Assembly: GCF_963921235.1 (NCBI RefSeq)
Contig: NC_086097.1
Coordinates: 146,012,001 to 146,076,000, forward strand
Direction: 5' to 3'
DNA from: Mobula hypostoma
Lineage: Eukaryota
Length of the DNA stretch: 64,000 nt
This document shows, piece by piece, positions 49,725 through 64,000 of this stretch. The translations under genes were made by a program, and so were the position numbers. The first letter of the stretch is position 1. Every line of letters begins with the position of its first letter. The notes beneath the pieces are model-generated. The model saw only the letters and a list, made by a program, of their open reading frames with translations. It did not search any database and had not been told where the DNA came from.

Positions 49725-50025
49725 CATTATTTAGTGCTATCATGCGGAGTAGGCCCTTTCTAACTCTTCAAGCTGCGCCACCCCAGTAATCCCTGACAAC
49801 CCCAGATTAACTCTAACCTAATCACAGGACAATTTACAACGACCAATGAATCTACCGATATGTCTTTGGACTGTGGGAGGAAATTGGAGCACCCGGGGAA
49901 AACCCACACATTCCAGAGGGAGGATGTACAGAGACTTCTTACAGATGGCACCTGAATTGAACTCCAAACTCTGACGTCCCAAGCTGTAATAGCATTGTGC
50001 TAACTGCTATGTCACACTGACGCCC
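49725..50025 (-). mobile_element. V-SINE (HE1-like)
   Basis: 'tctttggactgtgggaggaaattggagcacccggggaaaacccac' is the reverse complement of the V-domain; tRNA head near 50000. Confidence 0.75.
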
Positions 50026-51999
50026 ATGTTATATGGTGATGTTTAAGAAACTCCTTGATAGATGCATGAATATGAAAGGAATGGAAGGATATAGGTGAGA
50101 CACAGAAAGAGAACATTCAGTATAATTTAACATCAAAATCGGTACAAAATAGTCAGCCAAATGACTTGTCTAACGCTGTCCAATTATATGTTCTATGTAG
50201 GAGAATGATCTTGTAAAATATAAATTGAAGATGCAGTGGAGTTGAACTGAAAATTCATCTATCAGACATTCTTAAGGAATATCAATACAATGAGTTTCTA
50301 TGCATTGAGGATTGATGCAACATAGAGTGACTAATTTGTCACTACTACCATTGGGCAGGAGGTACAGAAGCCTTAGGTCCCACATCTAAGGCTTCTTTCC
50401 AAGTTCAAAACAGTTATTACTCTACAGCCATCAGGTTCCTGAACTAATGTGGATGATTTCAATCACCACTGCTCTGAACTGATTCTATGACTTACAGACT
50501 CACTTTCAAGGGCTCTTTACAAATCATTTTCAGGACTATTTTTTATTTGCAAAGTTTGCCTTTGGCTGTTGGTCAGATTTTGCCTGTTTATGTATAGTTT
50601 TCTGTAAATTATATTGTATTTCTTTTCTTTCCTATAAATGTCTGCAATAAATTAATCTTAAGGTAGTATATGGTAACGCATAAATACTTTGATAATAATT
50701 TTACTTTGAACCTTGATCTTTGCCATTAAACTGATGCCCTGTCCACCTACTTGAATACTGGGAATATTCTGTGTTTGCTCAACGGTTGTCCTCAACCCAT
50801 GTTCACTGAAGCAGATTTACTGGTTAATGATCTCCCTTGCCCTTTGTGTGATCCTGTCTTGTGTAAATTGATGCCCCTGTTTATCTGTATTACAACTATC
50901 ACTGCTTTTTTAAAGTAAGTTTTTGATGAAAGGTAATACTCACTGCATGCAAGGGGTTATGTTAATACAAGATTTTTTTCTGTTCTCTAATGTAAGAGTA
51001 GCTTGCTCACGAGACTAAAATGCCACATTGATGCATTAAGAGTCTAGATGGACATATGGTCGTTATATCATTGAAGTTTACTCTGTACCTTCCCCATAAA
51101 CTGCGCACCAAAAACATCCTTCATGAATAAAGAGAGCCCTATTTTATTTTTATTATTGGTGACCACAATTCAGAACATATTTAGTTGACTATATTGCACC
51201 ATGGGACATCATAAGTATGTGCAAGATACTATCAAAAATGTAGTTATTTCTACAACCTGTGCTTTAGATGATCTAAGGGTACCTGATGGGCAATATAAAG
51301 GGAATTTTGCTTGCATATTGCAATTTATCTGAGTTTGGCAGAGCAGTGTTGAAGGAATGTTATTCTACACCTTGTTCGATGTTTGATGTTTCTGGTAGTG
51401 ATTCAAAAATTGTAGTGGGAACTTCATTCTGTGTATAATTTGTAATATTGCTGAGTTGGTTGAACTGAGGCTTGTCATAGAATTGCTGATATTGGGCCAC
51501 TCAGTCACAAGAACTTACTCAGCCTGCAGTGCACATATACTAGGACACTTTCAAGTATGTTCATTGTGCAATTTGTGAAGCACCTTGATAAGCTGGGATC
51601 ATAAGTTCAACTAAAATGGACTGTGATCTCAGACGTTTAACAAGAGAAAGTCTAAAGAAATTAGTTCACAGCGACCATTTTTTTCAACTGATTCACATGA
51701 TAACTCCGTATGATGTCAATACTACCATATATCCATTGAGTCTTTATATCATATCCCTAACAAAATTGCAACTTGGATAATTTGAAGCTCCAAGAAATGC
51801 TCAGTGGATTTCCAGTCATTCCTGTTTTGCTTGTAATGATCAATGTTATATTTAAATCTGATGATGTTTCTCTAGGACCACTCCATGACCAAGGAGAATT
51901 ACCTCCTTAGAGTTATATCTTTCAGAAGATATGTGAAAAGGAAGTAAATTTAATAGGACCTAAATGATCCTACAACATGTACTGAAGGTATCCCTTGTT

Positions 52000-52260
52000 T
52001 TTATTTATAGATTTAGAGATACAGCACGGAACAGGCCCTTCCAGCTCAACAAGTCACCTATTTTACCCTTGCCTAACAACAGGACAATATACAATGACCA
52101 ACTAACCTACTAACTGGTATGCCTTTGGACTGTGGGAGGAAATCTTTGCACTTCATGGGGAGAACATACAAACTCATTACGGTGCCGGAATTGAACTCTC
52201 AACTCCAGAAACCCCCGGTCTGTAATAGTGTTGTGCTAACACTATGTTACCGTGGCAACC
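52000..52260 (-). mobile_element. V-SINE (HE1-like)
   Basis: Same family as 49725-50025; head is the reverse complement of 'ttgtgctaacactatgttaccgtggc'. Confidence 0.7.
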
Positions 52261-53032
52261 ACTTCTGTGATAATTTTGAAATGCGTTCAAATGTTCCAAC
52301 ATTTAGATACAATTTTGGGCAATTACCTAAAACAAGAGGTGAGGCTGAAAGTTTCTCTGCTGCAGTATCTTGGTCAGAGCCTGTTACTTCTCAATAGTAC
52401 TCCAATACCTACCACCATACAACAGGATGACATTCAGAAACCCCGCCATGATTCAGCCTTGGTATTGAGGATCAGGACTCATTTATCCAGTAAGTTACCA
52501 TGGACGAGTGGATAAGTGCAGATTTTGGAGTTCACTAATAATAAGTTTTTGTATCTTGTCAGTCACTATTCAGACCCATTAAGGATATTTTTGTCATGCA
52601 GTTTATTCCAGTTTCCATATTCCAAAATATTCCAACTGCATAGCAAAAGTAGCATCTGCAATACTGTGCAAAAGTCTTTATCACAAGTGGAAAACGAGTT
52701 TGTAAATCTGCTGTGTGCAAAGGATGTTGGGAGTAATGAGGGTGGAGTGCCACAGAAAGGGTATGGGGCAGGTGGAAGAGAAGGAGTGCTTGGGACGAGA
52801 AGCAGGCACACCCAGCCCTGAGACACCAGGCAAGGTCATTTGATTCCAAACAATTTGTTTATTGATCATAACCGAATGTCTCTCTGGTACTTCCCACTCC
52901 GCCCCTCTCCCTTCTCCTTTTCCCAACCGTCATTTTCCTCCCACTCTCAGTCCACAATCAGATTTATCATCACTCACATATGTCATGATTTTTTTTTGCA
53001 ATACCAGTACAGTGCAATACTTAAAATTACTA

Positions 53033-53104
53033 AAGTACTGTGCAAAAGTCCTAAGCACCCTAGCTATATATACCATATGTGCCCTAGACTTTTGCACAAT
53101 ACTG
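53033..53104. mobile_element. Tiny Tc1/mariner-like hairpin element (72 bp)
   Basis: TIRs (A)AGTACTGTGCAAAAGTC / GACTTTTGCACAATACTG flanked by TA. Confidence 0.65.
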
Positions 53105-53819
53105 TACTTTGTACTGCAGATTCAGGTTACTGGGTTATAAAGTTATAGAGAGAAGAAAACTACACATACTGTATATAAAGAAGGAAGACCTGTCTTCATA
53201 TGTTATAAATTCATTATGTTATATGTGATAAGTTTCAAACATTTGGATATTCTAAAGTGTCTCACTGGGAGTTAAATTGTTTTGCACGATAGCCATCGTT
53301 GTAATTGAAAAATGCTACAACCAAATTTGTGATTGCAAGATCCCCAAAATGGTAATGGACTAGTAACAAATTGACCTAGAATTAGAGATGATTGTTAAGG
53401 TACAGGTATAATATGTATCAGGATAATAGGCAAATTTCCCTTGTTCCACCTTCCATAAAAACAGCAGGGAATTTGGATCGATGTCTCATTGAAGCACCTT
53501 CTTCTTCCATATGATTCCTTGGAGTCAACGCTTATTTGTTTCCACTGCAGTTCTGAAGGATCTGAGATGGCTGACAAGGTCAATGTGAAACACACAGTTT
53601 CACATTTCTGGTGCAGCAGAAAGTGCTAAAAGAGGCAGGTAGGCGGACAGTATGGGAGACCATGTGCTACTCTGGTTGGTTTTCCTGGGTTACCATGTTC
53701 TCCCAAAGAAGAGGCTTCTGGATTTCCATAGGTAGGAAGAGATTACAGCTTCTCAAGGAAACTTTGAAAACATCACATAGTAAGTTCTCTGCATTCCTGG
53801 CAAATTTTGTCATGATGGA

Positions 53820-56800
53820 GCACCAGTACGATTGAAGCTTGCTTGAAGAAGGTGGGTACCTCTGATTGTTGAAGTGGGAGGTTGAACATATCTGTAAACA
53901 CTCCAGCCAGTTGATGAGCGGAGGTCTTCAGTACTTGGCCAGTTATGCTGTCTGGGCCAGATGCTTTCACCCTCCTGAAGGATGCTCTCACATAGGTATC
54001 AGAGACTGAAATCACAGTGTTGTCAAGGGCTGTAGGGTTTCATGAAAGTGTCTTCATGTTCTGTTATCATAGTGAGCACAAAAGGCATAGAGCTCATCTA
54101 GGAGTGAAACCTTGTTGTCGTTTACGTTGCTTGGTTTTGCTTTATTTTTCCGGGGCTTCTAGTTGGGGAAATTTCTGAATGACATTGTGGGGACACATTC
54201 ATTCTAGAGTCTGTGACAATTGGCACGTATTCATTCAGATCCTCTGATGAGTTCTGAGAAAGACAATATGAAAACTCCAGTACATGTTGTGGGATCATTT
54301 AGATTCTACTGAATTTGGCTCTTTTTGACGTACCTTCTGAAAGATATATCTCTGATGACATAATATTTCTTGGTCATGCAATGTCCAAGAAGAAATACCT
54401 TTTAGATTTATCTAATTAAAGTTATAAACAAAACAAGTATGACTGAAAATCCACTGAGGCAGGTCTTGGAGCTTTAAGTTTATTTCAGAATAAAAGTTAT
54501 TTCTCAAGATATCATATATTTCAATAGTTACTTTAAAAATGCAATCATGATTAATGTAGCTAAAAGTAACAGGCTCATTTGCCTGAAACATGGGCCCACA
54601 CACAGGAAATGAGATGAACCACCAGCTAATTTGATTTTTTTAAATGTTGTTGACTGAGCCTTAAAATCTGACCATACAACAGCAAAACTCTTTCTTTAAA
54701 AAGCAACATGCCATATTTATATTCAACTGAACAAGTAAATGTGACTGAAATGTTAATATTTCATCTGAAAGGGTAGTTACTTTTGTGTTCCCACATGATT
54801 CCAGTGGCACTCTGAAGAGTCACCTTTTACATGTTTGACCTTTGTGGGAGAAAAACTGAAAGATCACATAGTCATGGTCGTAGTCATACTTTATTGATCC
54901 CGGGGGAAATTGGTTTTTATTACAGTTGCACCATAGATAATTAAATAGTAATAAAACCATAAATAGTTAAATAGTAATATGTAAATTATGCCAGGAAATA
55001 AGTCCAGGACCAGCTAATTGGCTCAGGGTGTCTGACCCTCCAAGGGAGGAGTTGTAAATTTTGATGGAATGACTTCCTATGACGCTCAGTGTTGAATCTC
55101 GGTGGAATGAGTCTCTGGCTGAATGTACCCCTGTGCCCAACCAGTACATTATGTAGTGGATGGGAGACATTGGTCAAGATGGCATGCAACTTGGACAGCA
55201 TCCTCTTTTCAGACACCACTGTCAGAGAGTCCAGATCCATCCCCACAACATCACTGGTCTTACGAATGAGTTTGTTGATTCTGTTGGTGTCTGCTACCCT
55301 CGGCCTGCTGCCCCAGCACACAACAGCAAACATGATAGCACTGGCCACCACAGACTCATAGAACATGGAGCTGCTGTTTGAAGTAGAAGGCAATTTATTA
55401 AAAATTGGAGTTCACTAGGAGACCAGTCAAAGTTGATCTTCCTTAGAAAAAAAAGTAATAATAAGAAGAATAAATAAACAACAGAAATTAAGAACATGAG
55501 ACTGAAAATGAGTCCAGTTCAGTGATTGTTTGAGTGAAGTTATCCCCTCTGGTTCAAGAGTCTGATGGTTGAGGGGTAATAATTGTTCCTGATCCCGGTG
55601 GTGCAGGTCCTGAGAATCCTGTACCTTCTTCCTGATGACAGCAGCAAGAAGAGATCATGGCCAAGATGGTGAGCATCCTTGTTGATGGATGCTTCTTTCC
55701 TGCTACAGCGTTCCATGTAGATGTGCTCAATAGTGGGGAGGGCTTTAACTGTGATAGACTGGGCCATATCCACTACTTTTTGTAGGCTTTTCTGTACAAG
55801 GGCATTGGTGTTTCATACCAGGCTGTGATACAACCAGTCAATATACTCTCCACCACTCATCCATAGAAGCATGTCAATGTTTTAATTGACATGCTGGATC
55901 AATGCAAACCTCTAAGAAAGTAGAGGCACTGCCATGCTTTTTTTGTAATGGACCCAGGACAGATCATCTGAAAAGATAACACAGATGAACTTAAAGTTCC
56001 TGAGCTTCTCCAACTCTGATAAACTGTGAAGGACTGGCTCATGGACATCGGATTTCCTCCTCTTGAAGTCAATAATCATCTCTTTGGTCTTGCTGACTTT
56101 GAGTTGTAGTTGATGGCACCACTCATTCAGATTTTCAATCTCCCTTCGCTCTGCTGATCCAGCACCACCTTTGATTCTGCCAATGACAGTGGTGTCATCA
56201 GCAAACCTAAATACAGCATTGGAGCCATACTTGGCTTTACAGTTGTAAGTATAACGTGAGTAGAGCAGGGGACTAAGCACACAGTCTTGTGGTGCACCTT
56301 TGTTGAGGGAGTTTGTAGAACAGGTATTGTTGCCAATCTGAACTGACCGGGGTCTTCAATGAAGAAATTGAGGATCTAGTTGCACAAGGAGATACTGAGG
56401 CTTAGGACTTGAAGCTTATTGATTAGTTTTGAGGGGATGACAGATTGAAAGACGAGATTTAATCAACGAAAAGCATCCCGATATATGCATCTTTTCTGTC
56501 CAAATGTTCCATGATTGAGAGACGAGCCAATGAAATAACATCTACTGTTGATCTGTTGTGATGATAGGCAAATTGGAGTCGAGCCAAGTCGCTTCTGAAG
56601 CAGGAGTTGATATGTTTCATCACCAACCTCAAAAAACACTTCCTCATAGTGGATGTAAGTCTTATTGGATAAGGTAGGTTACAACATTCTTCTCGGGCAC
56701 CAGTATAATCGAAGCCTGCTTGAAACAGATGGGCACCTCAGACTGCCAAAAAGAGAGGTTAAAGAGATCAGTCAACACTCCAGCCAATTGATCAGCACTG

Positions 56801-57530
56801 GTCTTTACCTCGGTCAGGTACCCCATCTGGGTCAATGCTTCCCTTGGTTTCACCCTCCTGAAGGATGCTCTCACATCGGCCTCAGAGACTGAAATCACAG
56901 GGACATCGGGGGGCTGTTGGAGTTCATGAAGGTGCCTCCGGGCTTTGGTGATCAAAGCGAGCATAAAAGGCATTGAGCTCACCTGGAAGCAAAGCCTTAT
57001 AGTCTCCCATGTCATTTGGTTTCACTTTGTAGGAGGTGAGAACATTCAAGCTCTGCCACAGCTGTTGAGCATCCTTCAGTGATTCGAATTTGTTCCAGAT
57101 TCACCACTTCATTTATGAGATGGCTTTCCAGAGATAGTATCTGGACCCCTTGTATTTATTTTGTTGCCAGACCTGAATGCCACTGATCTGGCCTTCAGCA
57201 GATTGCAGGTCTCATGGTTCATCCAATGGTTCTGGTTAAGGAAGACTCTCAATGACTTCGTTGGGACACACTCATCTATGACTGTTTTTATAAAGTCCAC
57301 GACAATTGTGGTGTATTTGTTGAGATCCTCTGATGAGTTTTTGAACATGGCACAGTTTACCAACTCAAAGGAATCCCGTAGCCACTCCTCAGCCTCCCAC
57401 AACCACCTCTTTGTTGTCCTTGTCTCTGGAGCCTTGCTCTTTAGCATCTGCCTATATGCAGGTAGGAGTAGGAAGCTAAGTGATCAGATTTCCAGAAATA
57501 TGGCCTAGGCATGGAACAATGAGCACTTCC
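53820..57530 (-). mobile_element. Rex1/Babar-type LINE pieces (53820-54260, 54867-55365, 55440-57530)
   Basis: KASGPDSITG, FYESVVASAIMFAVVCWG, LSPLLYS..FRFADDTTVIG, QFAYHHNRSTVD; (catagt)n tail at ~54867. Confidence 0.8.
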
Positions 57531-60189
57531 ATAAGATATCCTCCCCATCTACATTATTCTACCTTCCTTCCAATAACCCACATCCCCTTAGCCTCATCTC
57601 ATCTTTTGCTGAAATCTTCATTCTCTGTTTGCTCTTTCTGACCTTGAGCATTCCAATGTTCTTTTGGCTGGCTTCCAAAGTTTCACCGTCCATAAACCTG
57701 AGATCATCAAAGACCTTATAAGGCTTTTCCTGACCTAAAATGGGATTGTTTATCCCTTACCCCATGCTCAGTTTGACAGCCTCCTATCTCTATACCTATA
57801 TCCAACCATACCGTACCTTCAGATATTTGGGTTCTTCCAATTCTGGTTTCTTGTATTTCCTCTTTTAAGTTGCTTTACCATTTCTAGATGTGCCTTCAAC
57901 AACAAAGGCCTTAGCAGTAGGATTATTCTAAACTTCTTCACCTTGCTTTCTGCCTTTAATCTGACTCTTGGCTATCTCTTTTAATATTTCTTTATAAGTT
58001 TCCTCTTCTGAACTATGAAGTCCTAAGTTCTCAACTGTGTACATTGGAGTTGGCCCAATGTTAACGGCCTCACCAAACATGAGCAAACAAAAATAGGTTA
58101 GTGTTGGATAACTCACTAAAACTGTGTCTTGGAGTATTTTCTGTTTTATTAATTCTTAATATAAATAAAAATTTCAAAATAATTTTCAACATTTCCATCA
58201 AATCTCTTAACGTATACTTTTCTGAGGAGTAGAGTCCCAGCAAACCCATTGCTCAATGTGGTTGCCTGAACAACCAAAGAGTAAGTAAGCAAAAATCAGC
58301 AAAGCACGTTCTGACTGTTAACTATTGAAAGTTGCACGCATGAATTTATCATGGAATATGCATAGTTGGCCTTATTTAAAAGCAAACATAGAAATTCACT
58401 TTGTGGTTAGAGGAAATTTATTCAGAACAAGATGAAAAGAATTTTAACTACAGTTTATGTGCAGCAGCCATGGATGCTGACGTTTAACCTCTGTGTCCCA
58501 TGTTTTACGCCCATCTACAATGATAGGATGAAAGGTTTCTCCCTTGTCACTGGCAAGCTGGGAGCAGTTTAAACCATGACAAAAAAGTCGCAGATGTGAA
58601 TCCATATGATAAGGCTGCATTTGTTTTCTCGCTTCTGGGCAGGCAAGCTCTCCTACCAGTTCATGGCACAGAGCCACTTCCTCAGCAGTAGCCAGCATAA
58701 CCATTTTTCATTATGGACTGTCGTACTGTCAAGGACCTTCTCCTAATCTCTCACAGCCAACAGAAAATTGCCTCTCAGGCTAATGTTATGCAAATCATTC
58801 CTTGGTTTCATATCTGATCAAAGCAACCATATCATGTCACTCAGCTGATGCAGTATTAAGATTGTCATAGGGACCAGCTGAGGGATTTATTTTATATGCC
58901 TGGAAGCCGCTGTGTGTCATTCCTTCTTTGAGAATTATGTCTGATGGATATTTACATAACAAAAACGGTGCACAGACGCCATTCAAAGCTTTATTATATT
59001 CAGAGGTTTTTATTTCACATGTTTGCTAATAAAATGTGACAACAGTGAAAATGATATTAGGTGCATCGGTGCAGAGCTTTTTGACTTTGAACCCTCAATA
59101 ACACTGTGTTCCATCATTTCATTTTGCCACTTGATGTTAACACCCCAGTGCAGCTACACACACTTCTGGTCTGCCTCCCAGTGATTGCTATTCATGTTCA
59201 AGTTTTGATAAAAACTGCCAGCATGCTGATCAACAATGTAATGCGGGTTTGTTACAAATGATCATTGTGGTGCCCTTGCGTTCATTTAACAGCCACTAAC
59301 CAACCACAGGGTCCTGCCATTGAAGAAAGAATGAACGTGAGGTTCTTCATGGCCTTTTTATGGAGATATCCATATAGCCAAGTAAATGGTTTTTGAAGGG
59401 CATTTACTGAACTGATGCAGCAAGCTCTGTAGCGTATCTATGTATGCCAAGATTCCACCAACAGTAGTGACAAAAAAAAATCAGCATTTTCTGACTTCTA
59501 CTCAGGTAAAGCATAGTTTAATTCAAAGCAGATACATTGTTATTTACCAGTAATTTCCCTTAGCTCTAAACACAGATGGAGGATGCTGTTACATTTTCTA
59601 CAGGCCAACACATTAGAAGTAGCTCACAGAATGTAATTTGAGTAAGGCCATGAAAGCAATAGAAATTCTTTCACCTATTATATTTGATTTCATAGTCCTA
59701 AAGATCTCTGTAATACCATTTCACAAATGGGGTTTTACTTATCAAGAGATAATTCCCATTTTTATTCATTGGTGATTTGGAAGGTGGACCTAGGGAACCC
59801 TTTAGTTCAGGTAAATAAGCACCAGAGATTTTATATAAAACAATGCTGTACGAACCTTATGCCTTTTTATCTGATGTAAATGAGATCTGGCGGGGTGGGT
59901 GGGGGGTGGTCACTGAACGCAATGCCAACACAAAAACAGATAAACTTTGTGGCTCTCATATACAAACACCAAAATTAAATTTATTGGTCATTCAAAATCA
60001 ATGTCATTTTTAGGAGAATGCAATGCTCAAACTGGCAGACACACATTTCAGCCTAAGAGTTACAAAATACACGTGGACTAAGATGTTAACTGTCCTGTGC
60101 TATCATCAGTGGGATCATCAGTTGATCTGCCACCTGTCTTCAGGAGTTTCTAATAACAGTGACTCAACCTGTTGAATGCAGATTAAGTA

Positions 60190-61201
60190 TGAAGCACTGT
60201 AAGCAGACCAGAGTTTGTATGGCTTCAGAGCTGTGTGTCAGAAATGGCTATAAGTAGCACAGTGGCCCCACAGGGGAGTGTATTGGCTCCCTTCCTGTTT
60301 ACCCTGTATACCTTGGACTTTAGATATAACACTGAGTTATGTCATCTGCAGAAATTCTGTGATGACTCAGCAACAGATGGGTGTATAAAGGCAGGACGGG
60401 GAGATGAATACAGGACCCTGGTGGAGGACTTTGTCAAGTGGTGCAAGCTGAATCATCCGCAGCTCAACATCATTCAGACAAAGGAGATGGTGATGGACTT
60501 CAGGAAGTCCAAGCCTACACTGCTTCCTGTTACTATTGATGATGAAGATGTGGATGTGGTGAGGAGCTACAAGTACCTGGGCGTGCTCCTGGATGACAGA
60601 CTTGAGTGAAGCACCAACACAGAGGCTGTGTACAAGAAGGGCTGTAGTCACCTCTACTTCCTGAGGAGACTGAGGTGCTTTGGAGTATGCTGGCCTCTCC
60701 TTCTCATGTTCTACCAGTCTGCTGTCGCCAGTACAATCTTTGATGTAGTGGTGTGCTGGGGAAATGGCATCAACATGGGTGATGCCAGCAGGCTCAATAA
60801 ACTGATTAGAAAGTCTGGCTCTGTTATAGGAGTCCAACTGGACCCACTGGAGGCTGTGGTAGAACAAAGGACCCTACGGAAAATCCTGGCAATTCTGGAT
60901 GATGTTTCTCATCCTGTGCATGCCACCTTAGCTGAACAGAGGAGCACTTATAGTAATAGACTAAGACAACTGCGCAGCTCCGAAGAGTGCTATATGAGGT
61001 CATCCTTACCGTCAGCCATTAGGCTGTTATAATGAGTCAATCTACACCTGGGGAAGTGACGACCAACTCCTGTTAGACTGTTTGAAGTGACATTTTTCAA
61101 AAATTCTTTCTTACTTCTCTTCTAATATTTGTATACCTGTGCACTTGTAATGCTGCCGTGACAGTGTAATTTCCTTTGGGATCAATAAAATATCTATCTA
61201 T
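60190..61201 (+). mobile_element. Rex1-type LINE, 5'-truncated
   Basis: APQGSVLAPFLFTLYT, LQKFCDD, KTKEMVMDFR-like, YKYLGV; (tatc)n tail. Confidence 0.88.
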
Positions 61202-61273
61202 TTTTGTGAGAGCCTTAGTAAAACTATATTGAATATAGGATCATCAGAACAGAGAAGGGGTATTTAGAACCGA

Positions 61274-61277
<4 letters not shown>

Positions 61278-61332
<55 letters not shown>
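61278..61332 (+). repeat. (AT)n microsatellite
   Basis: Direct reading. Confidence 0.97.
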
Positions 61333-61334
<2 letters not shown>

Positions 61335-62461
61335 TTAACATGGAGAGAAGAATAGGCTATTTACCCCTTCTATTCAATGAGAACATGGGTGAACAGAGTT
61401 TAAAATGTAGCATTCTCCACACGATGAGAAAATATTTTAGATGTTTGCTAATTTTGGGCCATGCAACTCAGTCCTGTCGAAATGATCAGAACATTAAAAT
61501 GAACAAATGATGGATGTCTCCTGGGCACAATATTCAATTCCATGGCTCATCATCAAATATTAATTTATAAAATTTATATTTATCTAAAATACAAGTTTCT
61601 TCACTTGCAGATAAACCAGCTAAATAGAGATTTGAATCTGTCATCCTGTTTCCATGAGTACTCGACAGATTCATGATCTCATTATGTTAATAATAGCAGT
61701 TTTCCCCTATTAAAATTAGCAGAAGCAAATTTGTTGTGCAATGTTAACTACATATCTCAAATTTCATTCTTTCAGAATAGCAACAGCATTTGTTCCATAT
61801 TCAATCTCAGTTCAAAGGTTCATTTAAAAATAAATTGTCTGATATCCCTTTAAATGAAAATTCCCTTTGAAAATGTACTCATTAAGTAAAGTGTAGAATG
61901 CAATGTTTAAAAAAAGCATGACAGTCAATACATTTAGACAACAAAATAATATATTGTCTAGTAATCTTATTATCATTTACTTCTGTCATTCCCAAGAGCC
62001 AGTGTCTGCCTTCCATTCAGAAGATATGAAAGGAAAAAGTCAAGTTTTTACTCCGAGCTGAGTCTACATTAAATCCATGGCTGAGATTGTGACCACGAAG
62101 ATATTCTGGCCAACAAATACTGGGAATAGTACTGTGGGCTATTGATTTCCGGGCTGAAGATGAGCAGAGTTGCATTTACTGATATGGCTTTGTCTGCAGG
62201 TGCAGTCTAAAAATATACAGCCTTGCTGACTTGGAACATACACTGTAGCCTGCCAGCTATTTTTAGCTATGGTTCTCAATGAATTGACTACTGAAGCAGA
62301 AAGCACTTGCTTCAAACTGTTTCTGCCCTGGCGTTGAAGAAAAATGGAAATTAGGGTTGAATTCCAACTTTTGGGAAGATTTAAGCTGAATAACAAAACT
62401 TCCTTGGATGCTAAGAATCATCCCCATTTTCTGCTTTAATCCTATGTCTTATACTTCAGTC

Positions 62462-64000
62462 TTATAGAGTCATTGAACACTAGAGCACAGAAACAGGCCC
62501 TTTGGCCCATCTAGTCCATAATGAACCATTAATCTGTCTTGTTCCATCAGCCCTCTATATCCCTCCTATCCATGTACCTATCCAGATTTCTCTTAAATGT
62601 TGAAATCCAATCTGCATCCATCACTTGCACTAGCAGTTTATTCCACTGTTGCCACCCCCTAGATGAAGAAGAACGCCCTCATGTTCCCTTAAACATTTCA
62701 CCTTGACTCTAGATGTAGTCTCAACCAATCACAGTGGAAAAAGCCTATCTTTATCATTCATAAGAATTTATCCGATCTATACCCTTCATAATTTTGTATA
62801 CCTCTATCAAATCTCCCCTCAATCTTCTACGTTCTAGGGAATAACATTCTAACCTATTCAACTTTTCCCTATAACTCAGGTCCTCAAGTACCAGCAACAT
62901 CCTTGTTAAATTTTCTCTGCACTCTTTCAATCTTATTTACATCTTTTCTGGAGGTGGATGACCAAAAACAGCACACAGTACCCCTAATTAGGCCTCGTCA
63001 ACATCTTATACAATTTCAATATAACATTCCAACGACTGGACTCAATACATAGATATATGAAGGTCAATGTGTTAATAGCTTTTTTTATGACTGCATGTAC
63101 CAGTGACACTACTTTCCAGGAATTTTGGACCTGTATTCCCAGATCCCTTTGTTCTACTGTGCCCTACTGTTCACTATGTTGGTCCTCCAAAAGTGCAACA
63201 CCTCACACTTGCTTGCATTAAATTCCATTTGTGCCATTTTTCAGCCATTTTCCAACTGTTCCAGATTCCACTGGAAACTTTAATAGTCTTCCTCACTGTC
63301 CACTATACCCTTAATCTTGGTGTCATCCACAAATTTGTTGATCCAATTACCTACATTATCATCCAGATTGTTGATACAGTTTACAATCAATAACGTTACT
63401 CTTGACAGTCCACTAGTCACAGGCCTTCAGTCGGACAGAGCAACTATCTACTACCACTATCTGGCTTTTCCCACAAAGCTAATGTCTAATCCCACATCTT
63501 GATTACCTCATCTTGATTGCTGAGCAACTGAAACTATTTAACAAATCTCCTAAGCAGGATCCTGTGAAAGGCCTTGCTAAAGTCCTTGAAGAAACATCCA
63601 CTGCCTTGCTTTCATCAACTTTCCTGGTAACTTCCTCAACAAACTCTATAAGATTGGTTAGATATGACCTACCACACACAAAGCCATGGTGACCATCCCC
63701 AATCATTCCAAGCCTATCCGAATACTCATATCTGGGCCATTAGAATACCCTCCAATAACTTACCCACTATTGATGTCAGGCTCACTGGCCTATAATTTCC
63801 TGGCTTGTTCTTAGAGCCTTTCTTAAGCAACGGAACAACATTAGCTATCCTGCGATCCTCCAGCACCTCACTCGTGGCTAAAGATGTTTTAAGTGCTTCT
63901 GCTAGGGCCCCTACTATTTCTGCACCAGCATCCCACAAGGTCTGAGGAAACACATTGTCAGGCCCTGGGGGTTTATCCACCATAATATTTCTCAAGACAG
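62462..64000 (-). mobile_element. CR1 LINE, degraded, continuing beyond the window
   Basis: KPPGPD, NVVPLLKKG, GNYRPVSLTS, HHGFV.GRSYLTNLIEF. Confidence 0.88.

Noticed and set aside
52246..52259. Second X-box-like motif GTTACCGTGGCAAC
   Set aside because: It is the reverse complement of the SINE tRNA-like head, so probably coincidental.

Overview
Eukaryotic, repeat-rich DNA with no host protein-coding gene I can support. The repeat mix (CR1 LINEs, Rex1/Babar-type LINEs, tRNA-derived V-domain SINEs, Penelope-like elements) suggests a vertebrate, most likely a cartilaginous fish such as a ray or shark; this is inference. Almost every long ORF is retroelement-derived or an antisense/low-complexity artefact. 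Main contents: a complete, young but frameshifted Ty3/Gypsy LTR retrotransposon (17981-22584); several solo LTRs; nested CR1 and Rex1 insertions; a Penelope-like element with a GIY-YIG remnant and minimal hammerhead ribozyme motifs; a Harbinger MITE; a tiny Tc1-like hairpin; and an L1/Tx1-type 3' fragment with a 40-bp TSD and a double poly(A) tail. The most striking signal is in the Gypsy element. It has no tRNA primer-binding site. Instead, the 14 nt at the PBS position perfectly complement the LTR's own poly(A)-signal region, suggesting self-priming and/or occlusion of the 5' LTR poly(A) signal. The same element has a YLDN rather than YxDD RT motif. Boundaries of old repeats are approximate and read by eye.
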